A stretch of DNA of 63,986 nt, filler included, from Porpidia crustulata (taxonomy: Eukaryota), in assembly GCA_964255105.1 (NCBI GenBank). It is 4 parts of 4 records of this genome, joined end to end, with 100 filler letters (N's around TTAATTAATTAA, not from the genome) between each part and the next. Parts side by side here need not be neighbours in the genome. Positions count along the whole stretch, not along the records: positions 49,172 to 63,986 come from CAXUWE010000356.1; 3 more parts are not named here. One strand, written 5' to 3'. The notes beneath the pieces are model-generated. The model was not told the origin of the DNA. It saw nothing but the letters and a program-made list of their open reading frames with translations, and made no database searches. Position numbers and translations under genes: made by a program. Shown in pieces: positions 63,236-63,986 of this stretch (position 1 is its first letter; every line of letters begins with the position of its first letter).

Positions 63236-63986
63236 GGGGACGTTTGGTCGGCGTAGCGCTCATGTTGAATCAATCTTGTTATTCTTGGCTTTTTCGGCGA
63301 TTGACTTTGAGCTGCTTGTACCTCATCTTGCTGTCACTATAGGTCTAGATATCGATGAATTTCCTGTTGTATGCACTCTGAAAGAGCTCCGCTATTGACA
63401 ACCAAAGCGCTTTCTTCGTCCTCTGATGATTGCTGCTTTGAATTTTCTTATCGACGAACTTTGTAATCCCTCATAAACCCCAGAAGACACCTATCACGGC
63501 AACAAAAACCCCAGAAACCCTTCTCTCACCAACAAAAACATCCACATCCCACATCCCATCCCCATCCCACCTCAAAAATTAAAAATCAAAAAACACAAAC
63601 AAAAAAGTCTGCGAGCTGTCTCAACGAAATTCTGTGATGTTCCAAAGAGAAAGCTAGGGGGGATAGAGAGTAGAAATTTAGAGGGGAAAAGGAAGAAGGA
63701 AAGAACGGGGAGTTGAGAGAAAAAGATTCGGGAGTGGTGATGGTGGGTTAAACGCGAGGGAAGGCGCGGGAGGGCGGTAGGAAGCGGAGCGCGCGGCAAA
63801 GGAGGAGGGTAGGCGGCCGAGCGGGTATGGTGCGCTAGGCGGATGAGGTGATTCATGTGCGCGGGCAGACTAGTTACGGTACGCGTACCCCACGCGCGCC
63901 GGTCCCTCCCTTAATCCCATCCTCTTGCTCTGCCACCTCAACCACCTTCTCCCTAAACCCTACCTACTACTAACCTCTCCATTCCC

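Noticed and set aside
63480..63986. Low-complexity C/A-rich and G/A-rich tracts (CACATCC repeats) at the window end
   Set aside because: Simple-sequence UTR/intergenic DNA; no defined repeat unit or gene can be supported.

Overview
Intron-rich filamentous ascomycete (Pezizomycotina) nuclear DNA. The window is not contiguous: it is four contigs joined by artificial 100-bp N/TTAATTAATTAA/N linkers (16307-16406, 32695-32794, 49072-49171). Contig lengths (>=16306, 16288, 16277 bp) suggest size-sorted concatenation, so synteny is meaningful only within a contig. Contigs 1-3 are core genome. They carry a Hook-family dynein adaptor, an I9 protease-inhibitor-like small secreted protein, PCF11, RPN8, a Gfo/Idh/MocA dehydrogenase, ADK1, an orphan with 11-aa repeats, an FLC/TRP-like channel, an ankyrin-BTB protein, nimA, an Svl3/Pam1-like protein, ypt1/Rab1, a PUF protein, an S9-like hydrolase, an SLY41-like transporter and the complex I 75/78-kDa subunit. 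Contig 4 is accessory and decaying. It holds pseudogenes of an NTPase+REase protein, a flavin amine oxidase, a bacterial-type GNAT and an ankyrin protein, plus a divergent TLDc/RTC5-like gene and two intact secreted effector-like genes. The most notable signal is an apparent [D3,4] spliceosomal twin intron (stwintron) in ypt1: a 59-nt intron nested inside the 5' donor GTA|AGT of a second intron. All gene identities come from motif recognition by eye, not from database searches.
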